Below, in pieces: positions 1-11,768 of a stretch of 64,000 nt of DNA. The notes beneath the pieces were generated by a model. The model was not told where the DNA came from, searched no databases, and saw nothing but the letters and a program-made list of their open reading frames with translations. Source of the DNA: an uncultured Chloroflexia bacterium (lineage in GTDB: Bacteria > Chloroflexota > Limnocylindria > Limnocylindrales > CSP1-4); NCBI GenBank assembly GCA_963734535.1, contig CAVTHS010000010.1:1-64000 (forward strand), given 5' to 3'. Both the position numbers and the translations under genes were made by a program. Position 1 is the first letter of the stretch. Every line of letters begins with the position of its first letter.

Positions 1-933
1 CTACCTTCCCTGCGTGTACCAGTCGAGCACCCGAAGCGCACGGAGCGTGTTCCAGCGGCTGGGCGTGCCCTCGCCATCCTCCATCGGGAAGTGGTCTTCG
101 CCCGCGTGGACGTTCTGGAGCGGCCACCGGCCGTCGGGATCCCGATTGCCCTCGACGACCCCGATCGCCTCGGCGATGCGCCCGTCGGGCTCGGCCTCGG
201 CGGCGCGAAGGTACTCGAGTGCGCGCAGCACGTCGTAGTGATACCAGTGCGGGAACGAGAAGCGGAGCCAGCTGGGCTCGATCACCTCGCCGGTCGACTT
301 GCGGCGGAAGAGGCGGCGTTCCAGCATGTATTCGTCGCCACGGCGGCGTGCCGTCGCAACCTCGGCCGAGCCGCCGGTCGCCCGCTCGTGCTCGAGCAGG
401 CCCTCGAGGACGTTGATCGTGGTCCCGAACAACGACACCGTGGCGCCGTTCTCGACCTCGCAGTTCCAGCCGCCGTCGGGGAGCTGCTCGCCAAGGAGCC
501 GGTCGACGAGCGGCGCCATGTCCACGCCGAAGTACGAGCCGGTCGCCACGACGTTCCCGTTGATGCACGGCTCGACCTCGCCCTCGAAGAACCGGTTGCC
601 GGCCCAGGGGCTCTCCCACGGGGAGCCGTCCCCCCACCTGACGTGCTCCCGGACGAGGCCGACGGCCCGCCGGGCGTGCTCGCTCCGGGGGTCGAGCCCG
701 AACCGGCGCAGGAGCTCCAGGACGTGGAACGTGTCCGTCCACTCGTGCGACCAGGCCATGCCGCCCCACAGGCCGTCCGGTGCCTGGAGCGCCAGCAGCC
801 GGGCGCCCCAGCCCTCGGTCGCGATCCTCGACCGCTCGGCGGCGATGACGTCCGCCGCCTCGTGCACCAGGTCGCGCATCACCTGCCAGCGGATCGACGG
901 ATCGGCGTCTAGCAGCCAGTCGACGACGGTCAT
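1..933 (-). CDS. Squalene cyclase/prenyltransferase-like alpha-barrel hypothetical protein
   Basis: MTVVDWLLDADPSIRWQV start preceded by a GGGAGGGG RBS. QxxDGxW-type repeats (QAPDGLW, QLPDGGWNC, DPDGRW) and an FPHWYHYDVLRAL motif. Stop codon at 1-3. Confidence 0.7.
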   Translation of the reverse strand: MTVVDWLLDADPSIRWQVMRDLVHEAADVIAAERSRIATEGWGARLLALQAPDGLWGGMAWSHEWTDTFHVLELLRRFGLDPRSEHARRAVGLVREHVRWGDGSPWESPWAGNRFFEGEVEPCINGNVVATGSYFGVDMAPLVDRLLGEQLPDGGWNCEVENGATVSLFGTTINVLEGLLEHERATGGSAEVATARRRGDEYMLERRLFRRKSTGEVIEPSWLRFSFPHWYHYDVLRALEYLRAAEAEPDGRIAEAIGVVEGNRDPDGRWPLQNVHAGEDHFPMEDGEGTPSRWNTLRALRVLDWYTQGR

Positions 934-1009
934 GTCCCCCTCCCTTGTGCCTGCCGTCTGGGCAACCGCCACAGACTATCTGCCACTTGCGTGGTTGCGC
1001 AAGGCTGCA

Positions 1010-1738
1010 TCACCGCGAGGCATCCGCGCCCGGCCGTCCGGCCGGCGCGTGACGGCAGCGTCCAGCCGACCTGTCGGCGACTGGTCGCGGCCTACTGGTG
1101 CAGGGTGTCGAGGAGTGGGTCCCGCTCTCTGCATGGAGGAGCCGGTTCAACGCGAGCTGGACCGGCAGGATCAGGAGCCAGGACTGCTCGACCCCAACTG
1201 GACCCAGGATCGGGAGGAGCAGGAGGGAGACGAGCATCACCAGCGGTACCGAGAAGCCGCGGAGCGCGGCGAACCGCGCATAGCGGGCGGTCACGTCTGG
1301 CCGCACGAGGCCCGCCCGCCAGGCATACAGCCAGGTCAGCGGCCCAACGAGCCCCGCGGCAGAGAGTGTCATCGCGTAGAAGATGACGGCGACCGCAAGA
1401 CCGCCGTGCTCGCCGATGACCGCGGTGGGAAACGGGATGAACGCGACGAGACCGAGCAGGACGAGGTTCAGCGCGACAAGCCGCTCGTTGACCTTGGTCA
1501 CGTACCGGTAGCGGCGCCAGTGCCCGAGCCAGTAGAGCCCAATCGTCGCGAAACTGAGCCCGTACGCGAAGATGGACGGGAGGATCTCGCGGATGGCCTC
1601 GAGCACGTGCCCGTCGGTTGTGGGTTCCGGCAGCGGCGGCAGCCGGATCTCGATGATCAGCAACGTGATTGCGATCGCGAACACGGCATCGGAGAAGAAC
1701 AGCAGGCGCTCGAAGTCGAGCCCGTGCTCATCGGACAT
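1010..1738 (-). CDS. TMEM175 (DUF1211) family membrane protein, putative K+ channel
   Basis: RLLFFSDAVFAIAITLL signature, FxxIGxYWxxH and PFPT motifs, about 6 TM segments. Start chosen at MSDEHG. Confidence 0.85.
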   Translation of the reverse strand: MSDEHGLDFERLLFFSDAVFAIAITLLIIEIRLPPLPEPTTDGHVLEAIREILPSIFAYGLSFATIGLYWLGHWRRYRYVTKVNERLVALNLVLLGLVAFIPFPTAVIGEHGGLAVAVIFYAMTLSAAGLVGPLTWLYAWRAGLVRPDVTARYARFAALRGFSVPLVMLVSLLLLPILGPVGVEQSWLLILPVQLALNRLLHAESGTHSSTPCTSRPRPVADRSAGRCRHAPAGRPGADASR

Positions 1739-2190
1739 CGCTCGCTCACTCACGTCCGGGGCGTTCTCGCCGTGCACAAGCGGGGGTCGCCGCCGCATTC
1801 GATGGGTCATGCAGGGAGCACGATCATGAGCGAGGTGTTCACGACGTTAACGGGCTGTCAGCCTGGGCGCGATGAGAACGGCCCAGACGACGACGAGCGC
1901 GCCCAATGGCCAACAGGAGAGGACGTCGGGGAGGAGCGGCAGTCCCGGTGAGGCTCGGGGAGCGCATTTCGGCAACCTCATGGTGCGTGTCGACGTGGGC
2001 GCTGCGGCCGATCGGTGACGTGGCCGGCGGGAATGGTAGCGACTGACCCGATGCGTTTCCAGACGCAAGTGCGTGGATCGCGCCTACCTTTTCGCGCTCG
2101 TCCGGTCAACTTCCCTGCGCGAACCAGTCGACCCCGGCCGTCCGGATCCCGATTGCACTCGGTCGCGATCCTCGCCCCCTCCTCGCGCCT

Positions 2191-3867
<1,677 letters not shown>

Positions 3868-4042
3868 GGCGGCGCAAGCGTACCGGCCCTGCAGCAGGTT
3901 GATCTCGTCGCTTGTCACGAACGGCTGCGCGAACCACGATATGCGCGATCTGCGCGCGGGCTCGGCGCGTAGACTCCGCCAACCGCAAGGATCGCCAGGC
4001 AGGTCGGGCGGTACAGGACGCTGGTGGCATGAGGACCGCCCG

Positions 4043-4978
4043 ATGAAGTTCGGCGTTCATCTCCCGCAGATCAGCTGGGACGAGGAGCCGCTCTCACTGG
4101 AACGCCTGCTCGCCGTCGCGCGGGCAGCGGACCGCCTCGGCTTCGGGACCATCTCGGCCAACGACCACCTCGTGTACGGGCGGCCCTGGCTCGACGGGCC
4201 GACCGCGCTTGCGGCGGTCCTTGGGGCGGCTCCCGGGGTGCGCCTGATGACGAGCGTCGCGCTGCCGGTCGTGCGCGGACCGTTCGCCCTGGCCAAGGCA
4301 TTGAGCGCGATCGACGTCCTGTCGGGCGGTCGGGTCGAGGCCGGCCTCGGGCCCGGCTCCTCCGCATCCGACTATGCGCTGGTCGGAATCCCATTCGACG
4401 AGCGCTGGCAGCGCTTCGACGAAGCCGTCGCTGTCATGCGCTCACTCTGGGATCGTGAAGCCCAACCGTTCGTCGGCCGCTACTACGACACGACCGATAT
4501 CACCCTGGCCCCTGCCCCGATACGTCCGAAGGGGCCGCCGGTCTGGATCGGGAGCTGGGGGTCGACGGCGGGCCTGCGCCGCGTGGCACGGCTTGCCGAT
4601 GGCTGGCTGGCTTCTGGCTACAACACGACCCCGGAGGCGTTCACGAGAAGCTGGAGCACGCTCCGCGGCATGTTGGAAACGGAGCGTCGGGATCCATCCA
4701 CCTTCCTCTCCACGATGGCGACGGCCTGGCTCTACGTCACGGACGACGAAGCCGAAGCACGGGCCGTCAACGAGCGTCTCAGTCAGATGGTGCGACGGCC
4801 CCTGGATGAAGTGCAGGGCCGCCTCCCGGTGGGCTCACCCGCCGCCTGCGTGGACCTCCTGGGGCGGTACCAGGCGGCCGGCCTGCAGCGCGTCCTGCTC
4901 TGGCCGGTGAGGGACGAGGTGCAGCAGCTCGAGCGCGTGGCTGCGGAGATCATCCCCCAGCTCGGACGTGCGTCCTGA
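4043..4978 (+). CDS. LLM class flavin/F420-dependent oxidoreductase
   Basis: MKFGVHLPQ start; GFxxxxxxDH, DVLSGGR, PPVWIG and RRVARLADGW motifs. Confidence 0.88.
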   Translation: MKFGVHLPQISWDEEPLSLERLLAVARAADRLGFGTISANDHLVYGRPWLDGPTALAAVLGAAPGVRLMTSVALPVVRGPFALAKALSAIDVLSGGRVEAGLGPGSSASDYALVGIPFDERWQRFDEAVAVMRSLWDREAQPFVGRYYDTTDITLAPAPIRPKGPPVWIGSWGSTAGLRRVARLADGWLASGYNTTPEAFTRSWSTLRGMLETERRDPSTFLSTMATAWLYVTDDEAEARAVNERLSQMVRRPLDEVQGRLPVGSPAACVDLLGRYQAAGLQRVLLWPVRDEVQQLERVAAEIIPQLGRAS

Positions 4979-5018
4979 CCGGAGTGCAGGGCAGGTCCAG
5001 CCGAACAGGTGTCCGGAC

Positions 5019-5052
5019 TTGACGTCGTCGTCATACAACCGTATGGTTGTAT
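5019..5052 (+). promoter_or_regulatory. Sigma70-type promoter overlapped by a palindromic ArsR operator
   Basis: TTGACG (5019-5024), 17 nt spacer, TATGGT (5042-5047). A perfect 8-bp inverted repeat ATACAACC-GTAT-GGTTGTAT (5033-5052) covers the -10 box. Confidence 0.75.
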
Positions 5053-5054
5053 AC

Positions 5055-5390
5055 GTGAGAGCCGACTTCGACGCCGACCACGTCTTCGCTGCCCTGGCGG
5101 ATGCCACCCGGCGCGACATCGTCCTGCGGGCGCTCGACGGTCGCGAGGGCGTCGTCGAGCTCGCCGGGCACTACCCGATGAGCTTTGCGGCGGTGCAGAA
5201 GCACGTCGCCGTGCTCGAGCGTGCCGGCCTCATCACCAAGGAACGCACGGGCCGCCGCAAGGTCGTGCGGACCAACGTCGAGGGGCTCCAGCTGGCTCGG
5301 AGCCTGCTGGACCAGTACGAGGCGCTGTGGCGCGGACGCGTCGAGCGCATGGCCAATCTCATCACCGACACCGAGGGGGACGACTCATGA
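5055..5390 (+). CDS. ArsR/SmtB family transcriptional regulator
   Basis: FAALADATRRDIV and SFAAVQKHVAVLERAGLI wHTH. Start is either GTG 5055 (leaderless) or ATG 5043. Confidence 0.9.
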   Translation: MRADFDADHVFAALADATRRDIVLRALDGREGVVELAGHYPMSFAAVQKHVAVLERAGLITKERTGRRKVVRTNVEGLQLARSLLDQYEALWRGRVERMANLITDTEGDDS

Positions 5391-5887
5391 CTGTCACCGC
5401 TGTCCGCAAAGATCCCGAAGCCCTGACACTGACCCTGACCGCCGAGTTCGACGCATCGCCGACCAGGGTCTGGGAGCTGTGGTCCGATCCGCGCCAGCTC
5501 GAGCGCTGGTGGGGTCCACCGACGTATCCCGCCACCTTCACGGCCCATGACCTCACTCCGGGCGGGCGCGCCCAGTACCACATGACGGGGCCCGGCGGCG
5601 ACCAGCCGCACGGCTACTGGGATGTCCTGGAGGCAGATCCGCCGCACCTTCTCGTCTTCCACGATGGGTTCGCGAACGACGACGGCACGCCGAACCCGGA
5701 CATGCCGGGCTCGGGCGCTCGCGTGACGATCGAGGCGATCGATGGCGGTCGCACGCGGATGTCGATCGAGAGCCGCTTCCCGAGCACCAGTGCCATGGAG
5801 CAGATCCTGGCCATGGGCATGGAGGAGGGCCTCACGCTGGCGGTCGGCCAGATTGACGCCATCCTGGCGGAAGGAGTCGCAGCATGA
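5387..5887 (+). CDS. SRPBCC (AHSA1/START-like) domain protein
   Basis: VWELWSDPRQLERWWGP and DLTPGG motifs. ATGA overlap with the ArsR stop codon. Confidence 0.9.
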   Translation: MTVTAVRKDPEALTLTLTAEFDASPTRVWELWSDPRQLERWWGPPTYPATFTAHDLTPGGRAQYHMTGPGGDQPHGYWDVLEADPPHLLVFHDGFANDDGTPNPDMPGSGARVTIEAIDGGRTRMSIESRFPSTSAMEQILAMGMEEGLTLAVGQIDAILAEGVAA

Positions 5888-6759
5888 TCACGAAGACCGA
5901 GGCGAGCACGCATACCCTTGCCGCGCAGGATGCCGTCCTGACGTATGACGTCCGGCGGGCCGACTCCCCTGCCCCGGTGCTGCTGCTCATCGGATCGCCG
6001 ATGGGCGCCGGCGGGTTCGCCACGCTTGCCGGGCACTTCACCGATCGCACGGTGGTGACCTACGACCCGCGCGGCGTCGAGCGCAGCACGAAGGCCGACC
6101 CCACCAGCCCGTCCACGCCCGAAGAGCATGCGGACGACCTGCATCGGCTCATCGCCGAGCTCGGCGCCGGCCCGGTGGACCTGTTCGCCAGCAGCGGTGG
6201 CGCGGTGAACGCGCTCGCCCTGGTCGCGAGGCACCCGGAGCAGGTTCGGACGCTCGTCGCGCACGAGCCGCCCCTCGCGGCGATCCTCCCCGATCGCGAG
6301 GCGGCGCTCGCCGCCTGCCGTGCAGTCCACGAGGCGTACCTGCGCAGCGGGTTCGGCGCCGGCATGGCGCAGTTCATCGTCGCCGTGAGCCACCAGGGGC
6401 CGTTCGGTCCCGACTACGCCGGCCAGCCAGCGCCCGATCCGGCGATGTTCGGGCAGCCCACCGAGGACGACGGCACCCGGAGCGACCCACTCCTGGCTCA
6501 GAACATGATCTCCTGCACGCACTTCGAGCCGGACTTCGAAGCGCTGCGGGCGGCCTCCACCCGGATCGTGATGGCGGCCGGCGTGGAGTCGGAGGGCACG
6601 ATGGCGTCGCGGGGCGCGTTCGCCGTCGCGGACCGGCTGGGCATGACGCCCGTGAGCTTCCCGAGCGGCCACGGCGGCTTCCTCGGTGACGAGTACGGGC
6701 AGCCCGGCGATCCCGATGGCTTCGCCGCGAAGCTACGCGAGGTCCTGGCCGAGGCGTGA
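5884..6759 (+). CDS. Alpha/beta hydrolase
   Basis: YDPRG, FASSGGA nucleophile elbow, LVAHEPP and GHGG motifs. ATGA overlap with the SRPBCC gene. Confidence 0.88.
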   Translation: MITKTEASTHTLAAQDAVLTYDVRRADSPAPVLLLIGSPMGAGGFATLAGHFTDRTVVTYDPRGVERSTKADPTSPSTPEEHADDLHRLIAELGAGPVDLFASSGGAVNALALVARHPEQVRTLVAHEPPLAAILPDREAALAACRAVHEAYLRSGFGAGMAQFIVAVSHQGPFGPDYAGQPAPDPAMFGQPTEDDGTRSDPLLAQNMISCTHFEPDFEALRAASTRIVMAAGVESEGTMASRGAFAVADRLGMTPVSFPSGHGGFLGDEYGQPGDPDGFAAKLREVLAEA

Positions 6760-6802
6760 AGTTCGCGACGAGCAGCCGCCGACCGTGCGGTGTCCTCGTC
6801 GC

Positions 6803-7624
6803 CTAGGAGGTGGCGAGCGCCGCTCGCATCACGACGCGGTCCGGCTCGATCCCCGTCCAGAGTCGGAAGCCTCGGGCGCCCTGGTTGACGAGCATTCCCT
6901 GGCCATCCAGCGTTCGGAGTCCGGCCGCGCCGGCCTCGCGCAGGAGCCGGGTCAGCGGCGGATGAACCACGACGTCGGCGACGAGCGGGCCTGCGGCGCG
7001 AGAGAAGTCGAGCTCCGGGCCGGCATCGGGGTCGTTGAGGCCGAGCGAGGTCGCGTTGACCACCAGGTCGACCGCCGCTCCGATGGCGATCGGCGCCGAC
7101 CAGGCCCGAACGCTGCTGCGGGCCGACGTTCGGCTGGCGATCAGGTCGGCCAGCCCGCGGGCCCGGGTCGAGTCGCGGTTGACGATCTCGATCGAGCGGG
7201 CGCCGGCGAGGGCCAGCTCCACGGCGACCGCACGCGCCGCTCCGCCCGCGCCGAGCAGGCAGACCCGGAGTCCCTTCGGGTCCACGACGGCCTCGAGCGA
7301 CTCGAGGAACCCCTTGCCGTCGGTGTTCTCGCCGAGCCACCCGTCGCCCTCGGCGATCACGCAGTTGACGGCGCCGATCAGCGCGGCCGCCTCGGTCAGG
7401 CGATCCATGTGCCCGACGACCGCCACCTTGTGCGGCACGGTGACGTGGAAGCCTCGGAACCCGAGCGCTGCAAGGCCGGCGACAGCCGGCGCCAGCCGTT
7501 CGGGCAGCACGTCCATGGAGACATAGCGCCAGTCCAGACCGTGGTGCGCGAAGGTCGCCTCCAGCATCGGGCCGGTCGGGTTCCCGGCCACCGGGTGGCC
7601 GATCAACCCGACGAGGGAAGGCAT
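6803..7624 (-). CDS. aroE: Shikimate dehydrogenase family protein
   Basis: TVPHK, GAVNC, NTDGKGF, GAGGAARA, VNATSLG and DGQGMLVNQG motifs. Confidence 0.85.
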   Translation of the reverse strand: MPSLVGLIGHPVAGNPTGPMLEATFAHHGLDWRYVSMDVLPERLAPAVAGLAALGFRGFHVTVPHKVAVVGHMDRLTEAAALIGAVNCVIAEGDGWLGENTDGKGFLESLEAVVDPKGLRVCLLGAGGAARAVAVELALAGARSIEIVNRDSTRARGLADLIASRTSARSSVRAWSAPIAIGAAVDLVVNATSLGLNDPDAGPELDFSRAAGPLVADVVVHPPLTRLLREAGAAGLRTLDGQGMLVNQGARGFRLWTGIEPDRVVMRAALATS

Positions 7625-7781
7625 CTCGCCGGTCGACGCGGGTACGGACACGGTGGTCTTTGCCTCCAGGCGGAGCTGTCGGGCAGGGTGATGGGGTCCA
7701 AGGGGTTCTGGCACGCGGAGTTCGGAGCTTCTCCCACTGTAAGCCACGGTGCAGCAGTCGCGACGATGATGGCGACCCGCC

Positions 7782-7919
7782 GAGAGTTCGACGATCTTCT
7801 GGCTTCGCCCGGTCAGTCTTCGCGACTACCGGGGGTACACTCCCGGAGAGGCCGAACGACTCCGGCGCATCGTCACCGCCAACCGTGAGAGCCTCGTGAG
7901 GCAATGGGATGAGGCATGA
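7782..7919 (+). pseudogene. DUF4160-like fragment (C-terminal half), not in the ORF track
   Basis: Frame reads ESSTIFWLRPVSLRDYRGYTPGEAERLRRIVTANRESLVRQWDEA*. In-frame stop at 7767-7769 upstream. The TGA overlaps the next ATG. Confidence 0.45.
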
Positions 7920-8509
7920 CGACGAGGCGCGTGGCCTGGAGGCGTTCCGACGACGTGCAGGCCGACGAGCACTGCGCCCTCACGGTCCGCACCGGCGGGC
8001 TCTCGCTGGTGGGCACCATCCTGGGCGCCGAGGGCGGCATTCCCGTCCGGGTCGAGTACCGGGTCATGGCCAACGACGCGGGCCTGACGACCGCTGTCCA
8101 CGTTCGTGAGCTGCGAGGATTCGAGGCGCGGACGATCGCCCTGGCTCGCGACGCCAAGGGTGGTTGGACCATCGACGGCAAGGCCGCGCCGGCGCTCCGG
8201 CGATGTACCGACGTCGACCTCGGCTGCAGCCCGTCCACCAACACGCTGCCGATCCGCCGGCTCCGGCTTGGCATCGGCGCTTCGAACACGGTCCAGGCGG
8301 CGTGGGTCCGGTTCCCCGAGCTCACGGTGGTCAAGGCGGCGCAGACGTATACCCGCCTCGACGAGCTCACGTACCGGTATGCGAGCGGCGCCTTCGAGGC
8401 CGAGCTGAGCGTGGACGATGACGGCCTGGTGACGGACTACGCGGTCTGGCAGCGCACCGGGATCGCCATGGGTCCCGACGACACGGAGCCGCTCGACACG
8501 CACTCGTAG
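7916..8509 (+). CDS. Putative glycolipid-binding domain protein
   Basis: DVDLGCSPSTNTLPIRRL, QTYTRL and VDDDGLVTDY motifs. Confidence 0.85.
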   Translation: MTTRRVAWRRSDDVQADEHCALTVRTGGLSLVGTILGAEGGIPVRVEYRVMANDAGLTTAVHVRELRGFEARTIALARDAKGGWTIDGKAAPALRRCTDVDLGCSPSTNTLPIRRLRLGIGASNTVQAAWVRFPELTVVKAAQTYTRLDELTYRYASGAFEAELSVDDDGLVTDYAVWQRTGIAMGPDDTEPLDTHS

Positions 8510-8639
8510 CCCGCGGGAGCGACCGCCAGGCCGAGCGCACGGCCGCATCCAGGGCAGCCCCGCGGCCGATCCGCTCCCGGTGCGCTAGGGTACGGCCGCG
8601 GCCCGTCCGGGGGACCCAGGTGCGAGATCGGGAGTCGAG

Positions 8640-9794
8640 ATGCAGTTCGGGATCTTCAGTGTCGGCGATGTCACCCCCGATCCCACCACCGGTCGCGCGC
8701 CGAGCGAGGCCGAGCGGATCGCCGCGATGGTCGCCATCGCCCTGCGGACCGAGGCGGCCGGCCTGGACGTGTTCGCCACCGGCGAGCACCACAACCCGCC
8801 ATTCGTCCCCTCCTCGCCCACCACGATGCTGGGCTATATCGCCGCCCGGACCGAGCGGCTGATCCTCTCGACGGCGACGACCCTGATCACGACCAACGAT
8901 CCGGTGAAGATCGCCGAGGACTACGCGATGCTCCAGCATCTCGCCGGCGGCCGGGTGGACCTCATGCTGGGCCGGGGCAACATGGGCCCGGTCTACCCGT
9001 GGTTCGGACAGGACATCCGCAACGGAATTCCCCTGGCGTACGAGAACTACGCCCTGCTCCGCCGGCTGTGGCGCGAGGACGTCGTGGACTGGGAGGGCAA
9101 GTTCCGGACCCCGCTGGTCGGCTTCACCTCGACGCCCCGTCCGCTGGACGGCGTGCCGCCCTTCGTCTGGCAGGGCTCCATCCGCAGCCCCGAGATCGCG
9201 GAGCAGGCCGCCTACTACGGCGACGGCTTCTTCCACAACAACATCTTCTGGCCGGCAGAGCACGTGAAGCGGATCGTGGCGCTCTACCGCCGCCGCTTCG
9301 AGCACTACGGGCACGGCCCGGCCGACCAGGCGATCGTGGGCCTCGGCGGCCAGACCTTCATGCGCCCGAACAGCCAGGACGCGGTGCGCGAGTTCCGGCC
9401 GTACTTCGACCATGCGCCGGTCTACGGCGGCGGCCCGTCGCTCGAGGAGTACATGGAACAGACGCCCCTGACGGTCGGCAGCCCGCAACAGGTCATCGAC
9501 CGGACGCTCGCCTTTCGGGAGATCGTCGGCGACTACCAGCGCCAGCTGTTCCTCGTCGACCATGCGGGGCTTCCGCTCGACATCGTGCTCGAGCAGGTGG
9601 ACATGCTGGGCGAGCTGGTCGTGCCGGTCCTGCGCCGGGAGTTCGCGATCAATCGGCCGCCGAACGTGCCCGATGCGCCACTTCATCCGCGGGTCCTGGC
9701 GGCGCAGGCAGCGCTCGCGGCCCAGGCCGCCCAGGCTCCCCGGCCGGCGGCGACGGCCGTTGCAGCCCCGCCTGCGGCGGGGCGGGACGCATGA
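8640..9794 (+). CDS. LLM class flavin-dependent oxidoreductase (CE1758-like)
   Basis: MQFGIFSVGDVTPDP, GEHHNPPF and TTNDPVKIAEDYAMLQH motifs; paired with an FMN reductase. Confidence 0.92.
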   Translation: MQFGIFSVGDVTPDPTTGRAPSEAERIAAMVAIALRTEAAGLDVFATGEHHNPPFVPSSPTTMLGYIAARTERLILSTATTLITTNDPVKIAEDYAMLQHLAGGRVDLMLGRGNMGPVYPWFGQDIRNGIPLAYENYALLRRLWREDVVDWEGKFRTPLVGFTSTPRPLDGVPPFVWQGSIRSPEIAEQAAYYGDGFFHNNIFWPAEHVKRIVALYRRRFEHYGHGPADQAIVGLGGQTFMRPNSQDAVREFRPYFDHAPVYGGGPSLEEYMEQTPLTVGSPQQVIDRTLAFREIVGDYQRQLFLVDHAGLPLDIVLEQVDMLGELVVPVLRREFAINRPPNVPDAPLHPRVLAAQAALAAQAAQAPRPAATAVAAPPAAGRDA

Positions 9795-10417
9795 GCGCGG
9801 CAGCCATGCGCTCGCTCGTGGTCGTCAGCGCCGGGCTGAGCCAGCCCTCGTCGACCCGCCTGCTGGCGGACCGCCTGTCCGCCGCGGTCGATCGGCACCT
9901 GCGCGAGGCCGGAATCGAGCCACGGATCCAGGTCATCGAGCTGCGCGACCAGGCGAAGGACCTCGTGAACAACCTCCTCGCCGGCTTCCCGAGCCCGGGT
10001 CTCCAGGCGGCGCTCGACGCCGTCCTGGGGGCCGACGGCCTGATCGCCGTGACCCCCATCTTCAGCGCCTCGTACAGCGGCCTCTTCAAGCTGTTCTTCG
10101 ACCTCGTCGAGCGGGACGGCTTCGCGGGCAAGCCCGTCCTCATCGCGGCCACCGGGGGGACGGCCCGCCATTCGCTCGCGCTCGAGCACGCGATGCGACC
10201 GCTCTTTGCCTATCTGAACGCGGCGGTCGTGGCGACTGCCGTGTACGCCGCGACCGAGGACTGGGGAGGCGGCGGCGCTGCGGCCGACGGAAGCCTGGTC
10301 GGGAGGATCGATCGGGCGGCCCTGGAGCTCTCCGCTGCGATGTCAGCCCGGGGGCCCGCCGCCCCGAAGGATCCCTTCGGCGACCCGGTCCGGTTCGACC
10401 GGCTCCTGGGGTCGTAG
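9791..10417 (+). CDS. NAD(P)H-dependent FMN reductase (CE1759-like)
   Basis: SAGLSQPSSTRLLA, TPIFSASYSGLFK and ATGGTARHSL motifs. ATGA overlap with the LLM gene. Confidence 0.92.
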   Translation: MSAAAMRSLVVVSAGLSQPSSTRLLADRLSAAVDRHLREAGIEPRIQVIELRDQAKDLVNNLLAGFPSPGLQAALDAVLGADGLIAVTPIFSASYSGLFKLFFDLVERDGFAGKPVLIAATGGTARHSLALEHAMRPLFAYLNAAVVATAVYAATEDWGGGGAAADGSLVGRIDRAALELSAAMSARGPAAPKDPFGDPVRFDRLLGS

Positions 10418-10474
10418 GCGGTTTCCAACGGGTCTGTTCAGCCTCCCCGCCACACGGTGCCGGAACCGGTGACC

Positions 10475-11768
10475 TCAGCGCGGGTGCCCGTCACCGTCTG
10501 GCGCTGATGCCGGCTCGCGGGCCGGGACGAGCACCGCGGCAAGGATCCCGGAAGCCACGCAGGCGCCGATCCCCAGCATCACGGCGCCGCCGAGCGAGCT
10601 CGCCGCGATGACGCCCGAAAGAGCCGCTCCGATCGGGAAGCCGACGAAGTTGAAGCCCATCGAGATGGCGAATGCGCGCCCGAGCCAGGCTGGATCCGTG
10701 CGTCGCTGGCGAACCGTGAACAGGGCGATGTCGAGCGGGCCGTTGACCAGGCCCACCAGGAACTGGCCGGCGCCGATGAGAGCCAGGCCGAGGATCGGGT
10801 CGATGGCGCCAGGAGACCCGGCAGGCCCGGCGAGCGCGACCGGAACGACGAAGGCGATCGCCGCCGCATAGCCGAACGGCGGCAGCACGAGCATGACCCA
10901 CTCGCGGCCCCGGGTGTCGATCCGGCCGAACACGAGAGCGGAGACCATCCCGGACACACCCGAGATGGCGAACATCAGACCGACAAGCGCCTCGTTCGCA
11001 CCCAGCTGGCGCAGCACGAGGAGCGGCACCACGATCGTCGTCATGCCACCGGCCAGGTTGAGAACCGAGATCGACACGCCCAGCCCGCGCAGCGTCCGGT
11101 TCTGCCAGACGTAGACGATCCCGTCCCGGGCATCGCCCAGGAGCGATCCGGTCGCGGTCACCTCGGTCTGTGGATCGCGGACGCCGACCATGCTCAGTGC
11201 CGTCAGGCCGTAGGCGAGGCCGATCACGGACAGCGCCACCGGGCCGCCGCCGAAAGCCACGAGCGACGCCGCGATGGGCGGACCGAGGATGGTCGCCACC
11301 ACGTATCCATTCGAGTCGATCGCGTTGACCCGCTCCCACAGGTGGTGCGGGAACGATCAACGGGAAGAGCGTGCGCAGCCCGACGGCGCTGAAGATCGAG
11401 GTCAGCGACATGACGGTGGCGATCAGCACCAGCAACCAGGAGGGGAGGGAATGGATGCTCGACAGGCCGGCGACGACGACCAGGGCGGACGCCGCGACCA
11501 CGTAGTCGAGGATCATGAGGCGGATTCGACCGTGCCGATCGAGCAGCACGCCGGCGATCGGGCTGATCGCGATCCCGGGAAAGATGCTCGCGAACGTGAC
11601 CAGGCCTGCCAGCTCCGGTGAGTGGTACTCGGCCAGGGTGAACAGCACGAGCGCGATGGCGACCATCGCCTGCGCGATCCGCGCGAGCGCCATTCCCAGC
11701 AGGATCCGCCCCAGCGTCGGCACGCCGAGGAGCGCGCGATACGATCGATCGGCCGGACGCTGGGTCAT
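10475..11768 (-). CDS. MFS transporter (apparent +1 frameshift near 11350)
   Basis: N-half MTQRPADRSYRALLG...LLDRHGR and C-half HLWERVNAIDS...TDPAWLGRAFA are in different frames and join after removing one base in GTTCCCGCAC. Confidence 0.8.
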
